A stretch of DNA of 64,000 nt from Candidatus Latescibacterota bacterium (GTDB lineage Bacteria; Latescibacterota; UBA2968; UBA8231), in the NCBI GenBank assembly GCA_965219385.1, contig CBDCNM010000002.1, positions 2,722,936 through 2,786,935 of the forward strand, written 5' to 3'. Position 1 is the first letter of the stretch. The number at the start of each line of letters is the position of its first letter. The notes below the pieces were generated by a model. It was not told the DNA's origin, searched no databases, and saw only the letters and a program-made list of their open reading frames with translations. Below, piece by piece: positions 39,729 to 49,408 of this stretch. The position numbers were made by a program, and so were the translations under genes.

Positions 39729-40654
39729 GCGATTATCGTTTCAAACTGGGCATGTACCTGCCCGAATTGCAAATGCCCTTTGAAGAATCCCTGGACAAGG
39801 CCCGGGACATCGGCGTGGAGTATGTATGGTACAGCGATAGATCGGTTGAAAAGTCCTTCATGGAGATGAGCGATGCCGCAGTGGATGCCCTGGCCGCAAG
39901 CGTGGCCCAGCGCGGTTTGAAGCTGTTTCTCCTCAGCCCGGGAGGCTGTTTCAAACAAGTTCATCTGAGCGATCTAGATCTCGAAACAATGGAGGAGCAC
40001 CCGGAGTTCCGAGAGGAAATGGACAGCCTGGTGCGCACCATGGAGGTAGCAGCCCACCTGGAGGTGCCCGCGGTCAATACCTTCACCTTTGCCTGGCCCG
40101 GCGAGTACAGCGCCGGCAAGCCGACCTGGCCGATGCGCTGGATGACCCGGGGGGGAATCATCGCGGACGTGGATATGGACAAGGTGGTCAAGGCCCTTTC
40201 TCTGATCGCCGAGCAGGCCGAGCGCCACGGGGTGGATGTGGCCCTGGGCATGATGCCCTGGAACTACACCAATACCACCGGCAACTTCCGCCGCGTGGCC
40301 GAGCGGGTAGGATCCCGGCGGATCAAGGTCATGTGGGGACCGGCCGACAATACCAACTGCGGCGAGTGGGACGTGGCCACGGCCGGTTTCCACAATGTGC
40401 GGCCCTACCTGTACGGGCTCCACCTCAAGGATCTGCGCGTCAACGACGGACTCAAGCTGGACTTTGATTATTGCCCGATCGGCGAGGGGGATGTGGACTA
40501 CCTCGCGGTGCTGCGCCAGCTACGCGACTACGATTGCGATGTGATCCTGTCGCTCTCGACCCACTTTCGACCGGATGGGGGCACGGCCGAGGACGCCATG
40601 CGCACCAACCACGCCAACCTCACGGCGCTGATTCGCCAGGTGGAGGAGGGGTGA
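39725..40654 (+). CDS. Sugar phosphate isomerase/epimerase TIM barrel
   Basis: HLKD, IGEGDVDY, SLSTH; ATGA overlap with the Mo subunit. Confidence 0.8.
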   Translation: MSDYRFKLGMYLPELQMPFEESLDKARDIGVEYVWYSDRSVEKSFMEMSDAAVDALAASVAQRGLKLFLLSPGGCFKQVHLSDLDLETMEEHPEFREEMDSLVRTMEVAAHLEVPAVNTFTFAWPGEYSAGKPTWPMRWMTRGGIIADVDMDKVVKALSLIAEQAERHGVDVALGMMPWNYTNTTGNFRRVAERVGSRRIKVMWGPADNTNCGEWDVATAGFHNVRPYLYGLHLKDLRVNDGLKLDFDYCPIGEGDVDYLAVLRQLRDYDCDVILSLSTHFRPDGGTAEDAMRTNHANLTALIRQVEEG

Positions 40655-41165
40655 TCAGAGCTTCGCGATTTTCCACTTGCCGTTTTCCACCACGGTCTTG
40701 ACCCCGCGTTGCGCCAGCTGCATCCGGCTGAAGTACTTTAAGCTTTCGAGCCAGTCCCCCCGTCTGGGATTGTTGTCTGGATTGGCCAGCCACTCCTGGG
40801 GAGGACCGGGCGGGTTCCACGGGTCGGCCGAGTTGTCTTTCTGGCTCATGTGGCCCTGGGCGTTGAGAATGGTCAATTCGATTTCCGCGGGCTCGTGGGG
40901 GTAGTTGTAGTAGGTGAAGGAGCACATGCGGCGGTCCACCTTGCCGCTCAGACTGGCGTGGTAGGTGCGCAGATCAAAGGCTACCATATCGCCCGGGTTC
41001 GAGTCGCACACACAGCAGGGAATCGAGCCGATGCCTTCGAGGGCCCGCTTCTTTTCCTCGGGGGGTGGCCGCTGCCCGGCTCCAGCGCGGTCCCATGGGA
41101 TCGAACTGGGCGACCTGGTCGTGAAAGGGGCGCAGGTGGGTGCCGGGCAGCACCCGCAGGGCGCT
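40655..41165 (-). pseudogene. PhyH-family dioxygenase remnant (5'-deleted, frameshifted)
   Basis: ALRVLPGTH in one frame, PGDMVAFDLRTYHAS...RRM in another; 5' end replaced by the repeat. Confidence 0.8.
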
Positions 41166-41306
41166 CTTGCCCCGCTCCACGCCCCCAGGCAGGCCTGAGT
41201 CCCAGAGCCCCCTTTTCTCCGCTCCACCCCCCCATAAAACGCCGCCGGCAACATCCCCTCCCGGTCTTGAGGTCCAAATAGGTACGGGTATTTCGTGAAA
41301 TACTGA
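41158..41306 (+). repeat. MITE-like element, copy 3 (right part with terminal IR)
   Basis: Closely matches 52566-52713; ends ATTTCGTGAAATACTGA. Confidence 0.88.
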
Positions 41307-41338
41307 CAGTATTTTTTCCGGTGTTGTCAACATCGGCT

Positions 41339-42124
41339 CTAGACCTTGGAGGATTCGTAACCCAGTTCCACCAGGCGCGCCACCAGGCGCCGCAGGCGCG
41401 GATTTTCGCTGTGGATGTAGGACTCGGCCGGGTGGAAGCCGAAGCGGTGTTGTTGGTAGAGTTCGTGCAGCAAGGATAGCTGCTCGTCGGTTTTGGGGTT
41501 GGCCACGAAGTTGATGGCGTGCTGGTGGCGGCCGGGAGCGCCTCCAAAGGCGGCGTGCAAGGTGTCTTCGAAGAAGACCACCACATCGCCGGGTCTGGTT
41601 TCGATGGGCACGCAGGGCACCTCGGAGGGGTGCAGGCCAAAGGGTCGGAAGTCCGGATCGTCGTTGCGCTGCCGCAGGCACTGGAAGGGATCGGGGTCGT
41701 GGGTCCGGTGGGTGCCCGGAATGAAGCGCAGGCAACCGGTGTCCTTTGTGAGGGGCTGCGGGTAGAAGACGATCTTGATCTCAGGCAGGAGCCGGGTCTG
41801 CCGGCCGGAGCCGCCGTGCCAGGGGGTAGCGCCGACGTGAAAGTTGCCTTCGGTGCCGTCGAGCAGGAAATCCGGGCCGAGCACATCCTCGCCGAGGCTG
41901 TAGATGCGGTCGGCGGCGGCGAGTTGGGCCAGGAAGGGGCGGCGTTCGAAGAAGGGTTGCACGGCCTGTGTCGCGCTCGGGTCAAAGGGTTGGCCCTGGC
42001 GGGCTTCGGCCATGATCTCTTCGGCTTCGCGCTCAATGAGGGCGGTTTCTTCAGGGGTGAAGAGCCGGCGCAGTACGAGAAAGCCGAAGGTGTCGAGGTG
42101 GGCAATTTGTTCGGGTGTCAGCAT
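41339..42124 (-). CDS. PhyH-family Fe(II)/2OG enzyme with HxG motif (candidate halogenase)
   Basis: MLTPEQIAHLDTFGF, WHGGS, GCLRFIPGTH, PGDVVVF..LHA..R. Confidence 0.85.
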   Translation of the reverse strand: MLTPEQIAHLDTFGFLVLRRLFTPEETALIEREAEEIMAEARQGQPFDPSATQAVQPFFERRPFLAQLAAADRIYSLGEDVLGPDFLLDGTEGNFHVGATPWHGGSGRQTRLLPEIKIVFYPQPLTKDTGCLRFIPGTHRTHDPDPFQCLRQRNDDPDFRPFGLHPSEVPCVPIETRPGDVVVFFEDTLHAAFGGAPGRHQHAINFVANPKTDEQLSLLHELYQQHRFGFHPAESYIHSENPRLRRLVARLVELGYESSKV

Positions 42125-42288
42125 GGTATGGCTCCTCTCCCATACTGTGGTTGTGATTGGCTCCGGTCCCCCGGTTCGGTCCATTTCTTCCACCCCAAAA
42201 CAGGCCGCCTCCAAGGAAGCCAACCACCTGGCTACCATAATTTCAGCTCTGCACGATCCTCCGCATGGGCCCCTTCTCAGGATTGGTT

Positions 42289-42480
42289 TTATTCCTGTCT
42301 GTCCGCAAGCAGCACCCCGTCCGTGGCCCAGTGCTCGCGGGTGACTTCTTCGATGACCACACTGGTGCCCTCGGGTTTGGCGTTGCAGATTTCCACCATG
42401 GCATCGGTGATGGCTTTGACTAGTTTTCGCTTCTGCTCCTGGGTGCGTCCGTCGAGCATTTTTACGGTGATTAAGGGCAT
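42289..42480 (-). CDS. 4-oxalocrotonate tautomerase family protein
   Basis: Pro-1, GRT.EQK, V.IEE...HW; AAGGAG RBS. Confidence 0.9.
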   Translation of the reverse strand: MPLITVKMLDGRTQEQKRKLVKAITDAMVEICNAKPEGTSVVIEEVTREHWATDGVLLADRQE

Positions 42481-42494
42481 GACGTTCTCCTTGT

Positions 42495-43517
42495 TCAGAA
42501 TGGGTTTTGTGGCTCAATGCTCGGGCTGACCGAGACCTGTTCGGGCCGGCCGGAGCGGGCCGAGGCATAAGCGGCTTCGGTCAACTGGGCCACGCGCAGG
42601 CCGCACAGGGGCGGAGCCTGGACTTCGGCCTGGCCCTGAATGGCGTCGATGAAGTTGAGCAGGGGGTGCTTGCCGCGGCCCGAGGTGCGCGGCAGGACGA
42701 TGTCCTCGCCGCGGCGATTGAGCCGGAGCGGCTCGGTGGCACCGAAGCGGATCTCCCCTTCGGTGCCGTAGAAGGTGAATTCCTCGCGCCATTCCGGGGC
42801 CAGGGAGGTGTAGGCCATGGTGCCGACGGCGCCGTTGGTGAATTCCACGGCCACGGCGGTGAGCACGTCTACCAGAGTGCCTTCCTGTTTGATGAAAGCC
42901 TGGACTTTTTGGGGCTCCAGGCCCGTGGTCCACAGCAGGATGTCGTTGATGTGGCTGCCGGTGTCCATGAAGTGGCCGCCGCCGGATAGCTCTGGATCGG
43001 CGCGCCACGAGGCGCCCGGCTGGAAGATATTGAGGCAGTCCTGGGCGATGATGGTGTGGACCAGGCAGATCTCGCCGATGGCGCCTTCGCGGATCAGTTC
43101 CCGCACCTTGGTGAATTTGCCCTCGCCGTGGCGCTGGTAGGCGATGGCCAGGATTTTCTCTTTTTCTTGGGCCCGGGCGATGAGGTCACGCGCGTCTGCG
43201 GCGGTAGTGGTCATGGGTTTTTCCACCAGGACATGGAGGCCGGCATCCAGACCGGCGCGCACGTGGCGGGCGTGCTGGGTGTGGGGGGTGGTGATGACCA
43301 CGGCGTCGAGGGCTTCCCGCGCCAGCATGAGGTCTGGATCCGCGTAGCGGGCCACGTTCCGGGCGGCGTCTCCGAGGGTGGTAGCGAGTCGGTCCAGGGC
43401 TTCCTGGTCGGGATCGCACATGGCGGTGATGTGGACCTGGTTGCGCTGGATGATTTGCTGGGCGTGGTGGTTGCCCATGCCGCCGGCTCCGACCATGCCG
43501 ATGCGAATGGTTGCCAT
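42495..43517 (-). CDS. Gfo/Idh/MocA oxidoreductase
   Basis: GAGGMG, VEKPM, WR...GGG..D.GSH. Confidence 0.9.
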   Translation of the reverse strand: MATIRIGMVGAGGMGNHHAQQIIQRNQVHITAMCDPDQEALDRLATTLGDAARNVARYADPDLMLAREALDAVVITTPHTQHARHVRAGLDAGLHVLVEKPMTTTAADARDLIARAQEKEKILAIAYQRHGEGKFTKVRELIREGAIGEICLVHTIIAQDCLNIFQPGASWRADPELSGGGHFMDTGSHINDILLWTTGLEPQKVQAFIKQEGTLVDVLTAVAVEFTNGAVGTMAYTSLAPEWREEFTFYGTEGEIRFGATEPLRLNRRGEDIVLPRTSGRGKHPLLNFIDAIQGQAEVQAPPLCGLRVAQLTEAAYASARSGRPEQVSVSPSIEPQNPF

Positions 43518-43696
43518 GCTGGTTTTGCCTTTCGGTGAGGGGGCGAAAGAATGAGTCTGTATTTCTGTATAATAAATAGGGGAGCTTCGAGAGGGCAAGG
43601 ATAGAGTGGGGTAGGTGCTGGTTGACCGGGGCTAGGTAGGGTGGTTACTTTACCAGCATCGACCTCGAGGAGTGGGTTTGTTTTAAGCTATTGGCA

Positions 43697-44548
43697 ATGG
43701 AGGTCATTGTGGACGGAAGATCTGTGCAGCTGAGCGATGCGGAGCGAAAATTCTTCGATGAGCAGGGTTATTTCAAGGCCGAAGGAGTGCTGGAGGGGGA
43801 AGATCTGGTGCGGGTACAGGAAGAATTTGCCCGCGTCGAGGCGCAGACTCAGGAGGACTGGAGAAGACAGGTCGAAGGAGAGCCGGACTACAATGCCTAT
43901 GGGATGGGCGAGACCGCCCACGTGGTCTTTCCCGTCGCGCCGCACGGGGATGTTTTCGTGGACCTGCTGGAGCATCCCGGGACCATGTCCATTGCCGAGG
44001 CCTTTTTGGGGCCGGATGTGCAGATGTCGGACAATGCCCTGCACGTCAAGCCGGTGGGTACGAAATCCCATACCAGATGGCACCGGGATTCGCCAACCTG
44101 GTTTCATGCCGAGGCCGAGGGCTGGAGTGAGGAAGACCGATGGGCATGGGAGCGGATGCGGGCGTGCGAGACGCCTTTTCTCAAGATCAAGATCTTCTTC
44201 TTTGTGGATGATGTGGACGAGGAGACCGCGCCCTTCAGCGTGGTGCCGGGCACTCACAAGGTCGACGTCGATACCGTGCCGCAATACGACAACCTCGAAG
44301 ACATGCCGGATAACGTCAGGCTGGTGGGCAAGGCCGGGGATGCCATCCTGTGGAACGGGTGCATCTGGCACACGGCCATGGACAACACCGACACCAAGGC
44401 CCGGCGAATGCTGCTCTACAACTACACCCACTTCGGCATGAAACAGCACCCGCCGTGCATCCCCAGAGGGGAATTTGTGGACTATGTGCGGAGGCGCTCG
44501 CCGTTGTGCCGCCAGCTCTTTGGTCTGGAGCGCATGCCCAGGGGGTGA
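43697..44548 (+). CDS. PhyH-family Fe(II)/2OG dioxygenase (HxD)
   Basis: FFDEQGY, WHRD, VPGTH, AGDAILW..IWH..RR. Confidence 0.88.
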   Translation: MEVIVDGRSVQLSDAERKFFDEQGYFKAEGVLEGEDLVRVQEEFARVEAQTQEDWRRQVEGEPDYNAYGMGETAHVVFPVAPHGDVFVDLLEHPGTMSIAEAFLGPDVQMSDNALHVKPVGTKSHTRWHRDSPTWFHAEAEGWSEEDRWAWERMRACETPFLKIKIFFFVDDVDEETAPFSVVPGTHKVDVDTVPQYDNLEDMPDNVRLVGKAGDAILWNGCIWHTAMDNTDTKARRMLLYNYTHFGMKQHPPCIPRGEFVDYVRRRSPLCRQLFGLERMPRG

Positions 44549-44580
44549 AGAGGCCGGCGGTCGGGACCTGGAGAGGAAGC

Positions 44581-45471
44581 TCAGCATGGATTGCTCCCAA
44601 TGGTCCGGGCTGCCGCAAGAGTGGGGCCGTCGCCGGCCAGGGTCGTGCGGTGCATGATGCGCTTGTAGGCCCCAAAGTCCCAGGGCCGGCCCCGGTGGAG
44701 GACGTAGCGGTTGTCCCACATGACCAGGTCGTGGACGCGCCACCTGTGCTGGTAAACGAAGCGCGGCTGCGTCGCCCACGCCAGCAACTCCTCCAGCAAG
44801 GCTCTGCCTTTCTCCGTGGGCCAGCCGAGGATGCGGGAGGCGTACGAGCCGATGAAGAGGATCTTCTCGCCTGTTTCCGGAAGGGTGCGGATCAGGCGGT
44901 GCTGGACCGGGGGGGTCTCCCTGGCGAATGCTTCGGTGATCAGATCCGGGGCGACCTGGGCGCGCGAGTGGGCCATGCTGTGCTCGGCGATCAGGTCCTC
45001 CAGACCGGCTTTCCTGTCCGCGGGCAGGGCAGCATAGGCCGCGCGCAGGCTGGCGAATTCGGTCTCGCCTCCCGAGGGCGGCACCACCTTGGCCGAGAGC
45101 AAGGAGGCGCGCAAGGGCACGGATTTGAAGGAACCGTCCGAGTGCCAGAGCATGTTGCCGGCCTGATACAACGACCGGCGGTCCTCCGGCGGGATGATCT
45201 GGCCGTCTTCATCGACGTTGGCGATGCGATTGATGGGACCGCCGCCGCCGTAAGGATCGCTCGCCATGGTCATCTGGAGGGTGCCGAAGTGCTCGGTGAA
45301 GGCGACGTGCTCTTGATCGGTGATGTCCTGAGCGCGAAAGACGAGCACGCAGTGCTGGCAGAAGGCCTCGCGCAACTGCCGGGCGGTCGCCTCATCCATG
45401 CCGGCCGCGATATCGACGCCCTCGATTTCCGCCCCGAGGTGCTCGGCCAGGGGGTTGATGGTGATGGCCAT
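44581..45471 (-). CDS. TauD/TfdA-family Fe(II)/2OG dioxygenase
   Basis: GAEIEGVD, WHSDGSF, GGETEFA, WDNRYVLHRG, MHRTT. Confidence 0.9.
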   Translation of the reverse strand: MAITINPLAEHLGAEIEGVDIAAGMDEATARQLREAFCQHCVLVFRAQDITDQEHVAFTEHFGTLQMTMASDPYGGGGPINRIANVDEDGQIIPPEDRRSLYQAGNMLWHSDGSFKSVPLRASLLSAKVVPPSGGETEFASLRAAYAALPADRKAGLEDLIAEHSMAHSRAQVAPDLITEAFARETPPVQHRLIRTLPETGEKILFIGSYASRILGWPTEKGRALLEELLAWATQPRFVYQHRWRVHDLVMWDNRYVLHRGRPWDFGAYKRIMHRTTLAGDGPTLAAARTIGSNPC

Positions 45472-45472
45472 G

Positions 45473-46516
45473 TCATTCACTCCTCGATCGGACAGTTTCT
45501 CGTGTGCCTGCCTGCGGTCCGAGGGGCCGCGCCAGGTTGAGGCTGAAGCGCTGCGCATCGTCGAAGTACTGGTGCTCCAGGGCAAAACTACCGCCCTGCA
45601 GCAGGGCTTCGATATCCTCCTGCCGGTACTTGTGCGCGTTTTCGGTGTGCACCCGTTCGCCGGCGGCAAAGGACACCTCCAGGCCCAGCGCTTCGAGGCG
45701 CACGCTCTGGGCTTTCAGGCTCTCCAGGTGCATTTCGATGCGCCGCTTCTCCTGGTCGTAGTGCGCCCTGTGTGCAAAGTTCCCCAGGACGAAATTGCCG
45801 TCGAAGGCTCGGTTTATGCGGGCCAGTAGATTGAGATTGAAGGCGGCCGTCACGCCCTGGGCATCGTCGTAGGCTCTCTCCAGTACGGCGCGGTCTTTGT
45901 CCAGGTCCATGCCGATCAGCAGCCGGTCTTCGGCGTCCATACTGGCGGCGACCTCTCCGAGAAAGCCCTCGGCCGCCGCCGTCTCAAAATTGCCCACCGA
46001 CGAACCCAGCCACAATACCAATCGCGGTCCCTGGATAGCCCTGCGAAGGTGCGCTAGCCCCTCTTCGTAGAGCCCGATCACGCCCACGACCTCCAGCTGC
46101 TCGTAGTCTTCGAGTAGCGCCAGGACGCTCTGCTCCAGCGCCGGGCGCGAGATGTCGAGCGGCGCATAGCGCAGCGCGCCCTGGCGCCGGAGCAGGGCCT
46201 CGATGAGCAGGCGCGTCTTGGCGGCGCTGCCGCTGCCCAGCTCGACGAGGGAGACGGAACCGTCGAAAAGCGCGGCGATTTCGCCGGCGCGGCTTTCGAG
46301 GATCTGGCGCTCGGCGCGCGTCAGGTAATACTCGGGCAAATCGCAGATGGCCTCGAAGAGCGCCGAGCCGCGCTCGTCGTAGAAGTAGTGGCACGACAGG
46401 TATTTGGGGGTAGACGTCAGCCCCTCTCTGACATCGCGGGCGAAGGCGTCGAGCGATCCTTGGTGGTCCGTTTCTATCAGCGCGAGCCGCGTTTCTATAT
46501 CAATCGCACTCATCAT
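45473..46516 (-). CDS. egtD: L-histidine N-alpha-methyltransferase (EgtD family)
   Basis: YFYDERGSALFEAICDLPEYYLTRAE, ELGSGS..KT, GSSVGNF, AYDD.QGVTAAFN, RIEMHL, HTE. Confidence 0.85.
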   Translation of the reverse strand: MMSAIDIETRLALIETDHQGSLDAFARDVREGLTSTPKYLSCHYFYDERGSALFEAICDLPEYYLTRAERQILESRAGEIAALFDGSVSLVELGSGSAAKTRLLIEALLRRQGALRYAPLDISRPALEQSVLALLEDYEQLEVVGVIGLYEEGLAHLRRAIQGPRLVLWLGSSVGNFETAAAEGFLGEVAASMDAEDRLLIGMDLDKDRAVLERAYDDAQGVTAAFNLNLLARINRAFDGNFVLGNFAHRAHYDQEKRRIEMHLESLKAQSVRLEALGLEVSFAAGERVHTENAHKYRQEDIEALLQGGSFALEHQYFDDAQRFSLNLARPLGPQAGTRETVRSRSE

Positions 46517-46731
46517 CCAGCAGGCGTTCAGGGCTCATCGGGAATTTCCAGGCGGCTTTCAAGTGGTTTGTCAATTACATACCAAGACACTACTCATTCT
46601 TTTGGTTTGTATCAACTTGAATTATTTTAGCAACTTTTAGCAAGAAATGGAAGTTAAATTCAAAGTGAGACAGGGAAATTATGTAAACAAATGGTTTTTG
46701 TCCTTGACAGCAATTAAAATATATCAATCTT

Positions 46732-47807
46732 CATGCTCCACGACAAAACCTATTCTGCGATGATACCAGGTGGACACCGCCATAACCAGACGCATTCGGC
46801 AAAGTCGTTGCGCTTCTCCTGAATATTGAGCAACAGGTACTGCAAGTGATCCAATCCATAGCGGAACAAGCTCTGCTCGGGGTATCCATGCTTCTTGATT
46901 TTCAACGGTTTCTGCTGGGCTAACCAGATGCCAACCAGATGCGCCCAAGTGAAGGCGAGGGCCAACAGCGCCACTAACTTGCGGATGCGCTCAATCTCGG
47001 TCAGATGGGTCTGCTCGAAGTCGAAGCCGCGCTTTTTCAGCACCGAAAAAAGCACTTCTATTCCCCCGCGTTTCCGGTAGCGAGACCACGCTCGGGCCTT
47101 ATCCTGGTTGCTGGCTACGATGAGATATTCATCGGCGAACCGAATCGCGGAAAGGAACACGGCTTGCCCGTAGATCCATCTCCGCTGGCGCAAGATCCGG
47201 GCCTGATCTTGCGGCCGATCGCGGAAGAGAGCACGCACCGGGGAAGACGGCTTGGGACCGGGCAGCACGGCATGCTCGCGAATACGAATATGATAGGTCC
47301 GTCCCTGTTGATCCAACCACTGGAACCAAGCTGGGCCGATGAATGCCCGATCGCACACCACGGTGCGCATCCGTTCGGGACCCAAGAGGGCGATGCCCTG
47401 TTCCATCAAGGCGATACGTTCCTGGGTATTCGAGGTGCCTTTCTTGGGCCGCATCGTCCAGAAGAGCGGAAAGGCGTTTGGCCAGCAGATCATAGTCGAG
47501 GTCGAACAGAGCAAAGAAGCGTTGGATGCGACGATAGTTTGATTTTCTATCGGCGTTTCCATTCAAGCCGTTGGCGATGCGAACCAGGTTTACCGTGGTC
47601 ACCTGGATTAAGGCTAACACGAAGGCGGCGATGAACTTGACCCGGGCTTTGTGCCACGGCAGATGCCCTTGCATCGCCGTGTATAAATCCGTAATTTGGG
47701 GTGACATAGACCTGCTCCTGGTGATCGGGGAACATGGACTTCGGCACTCCAAACTTAATCTCCTGTCAATGCAGGGGTAGGTCTTTCTCGTTTTGTCGCG
47801 TAGCATG
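46732..47807 (-). mobile_element. IS4-family element with internally deleted/frameshifted transposase
   Basis: IRs CATGCTCCACGACAAAAC / GTTTTGTCGCGTAGCATG; DRAF, YRKRGGIE..F..LK (YREK) motifs; N-terminus in a different frame. Confidence 0.85.
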
Positions 47808-47817
47808 CTAAAAAAGA

Positions 47818-49077
47818 TGGAGTTACCCCGGTTTGGTGGACAGGTTTGGACTTGAGATTTCTGGACGTTGGTACCATCTCCTTTCGTAGTTGATGGGCGA
47901 CATATAGTCAATGGCGGAGTGGCGGCGATGGGGGTTGTACCAACCCTCAATAAAACGGAAGAGGGCGATGCGAGCTTGGGCCTGAGAGCGAAAGGTATAG
48001 CGATCCATGAGTTCACATTCCAAGGTGGCAAAGAAACTTTCACACCGGGCATGGTCAAAACAATCGCCGGCCGATCCCATTGACGGCCGTACCCGAGCTG
48101 CTTTACAGCGCTGGCCAAAGGCGATGGAGGTGTATTGACCGCCTGGGTCGGAATGATGAATGACGGCCTGCGGTCGACGCTGAGCCCGGGCCCTATTGAG
48201 GGCATCCAGCACCAACTCGGTACCTAAGATGGGCGGTGATGGCCCAGCCGATAATGCGCCGACGGAAGGCATCCAGAATGACGGCCCGGTAGATAAAACC
48301 CGCCCAGGTAGGCACGTAGGTGATATCGGCAACCCACAGCGGATCGGGGCCGTCGGCGCTAAAATCCCGGTCCACCAGATCCGGGACTGGACGCCGGTCT
48401 TTGGCCGGGCGGGTCGTGGCGGTCTGGGGGCGACGACTCACCCCTTGCAAGCCCGCTTGGCGCAACCGGCGTGCTACCCGCTTGGCGCCGACGTGCACGC
48501 CTTCCTGACGCAACTGCGCCCGGATGCGCGGGGTGCCATAGGTGCCATCCGACCCGGTATGGATCGCCTCAAGGTGGGCTTGGAGCCGGGCCTCGGCTTG
48601 GCGGCGGGTGGATGGCTGCCGCCCCCCCCCGCCACGCGTAGTAGCCGCTGGAGGAGACACCCAACACACGGCACCGCGTGGTCCCTGGATAGAGGACCTG
48701 ATACGCCTTCACGAATTCGAAGGCTCCTTGGGGATCGAATCGGTCTCCCGAGCGAACCAGGCCACTGCTTTTGCCAAGATGTCGCGCTCGGTGCGCAACG
48801 GCTTGATCTGGCGGCGTAAGCGTCGTACTTCGGCGCGTTCGGTGGTGGTCAAGCCATCGTGGCGTTGGCCGCTATCGAGATCGGCCTGTTTGACCCAGGT
48901 GTGGATCGTCTGGGCGGAAGGCTCGAACTCTTTGGCCAAGGCGCCCGGCGAGCGTCCAGAGCGAACCAGCTCGACCATCTGCTGGCGAAACTCGGCGGGA
49001 TAGGGAATACGCGCTTTAGGCATGGTGGGCTCCTTTTCATCAAGTAATAAGGTACCCACCAAACCGGGTCAACTCCA
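47818..49077 (-). mobile_element. IS3-family element (degenerate OrfA/OrfB)
   Basis: IRs TGGAGTTACCCCGGTTTGGTGG / CCACCAAACCGGGTCAACTCCA; WVADITY, HHSD, ESFFATL, YNPHRRHS; several frameshifts. Confidence 0.9.
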
Positions 49078-49365
49078 CCCACGGCCGAGCCTACTTCACG
49101 TTTATCACCTGTCCCGATATCGAGCCGACCAACCATGGGGCCGAGCGGGCGTTGCGCTTTTGTGTGATCGACCGGCGTATTACTCAAGGCACCCAAGGCC
49201 GCAAGGGTCAACAGTGGTGTGAGCGGTTCTGGACGATCCAAGCCACCTGCCGGCAACAAGGCCGGAGTGTGTGCCGTTTTATCCAACAAGCCGTTTACGC
49301 TTATTTCCAGGACACGCAACCACCCTCCTTGATCCCGGCCTAATTCAAAATCTGTGAATGGTTAC
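49078..49365 (+). mobile_element. IS66-family 3' remnant
   Basis: IEPTNHGAERALR...R...GT...ATCRQQGR; ends GTGAATGGTTAC (GTAA-type end). Confidence 0.75.
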
Positions 49366-49408
49366 AAATATGATAAATAACAGGCGGCGAGAGCAACGCA
49401 GGAGTGCT

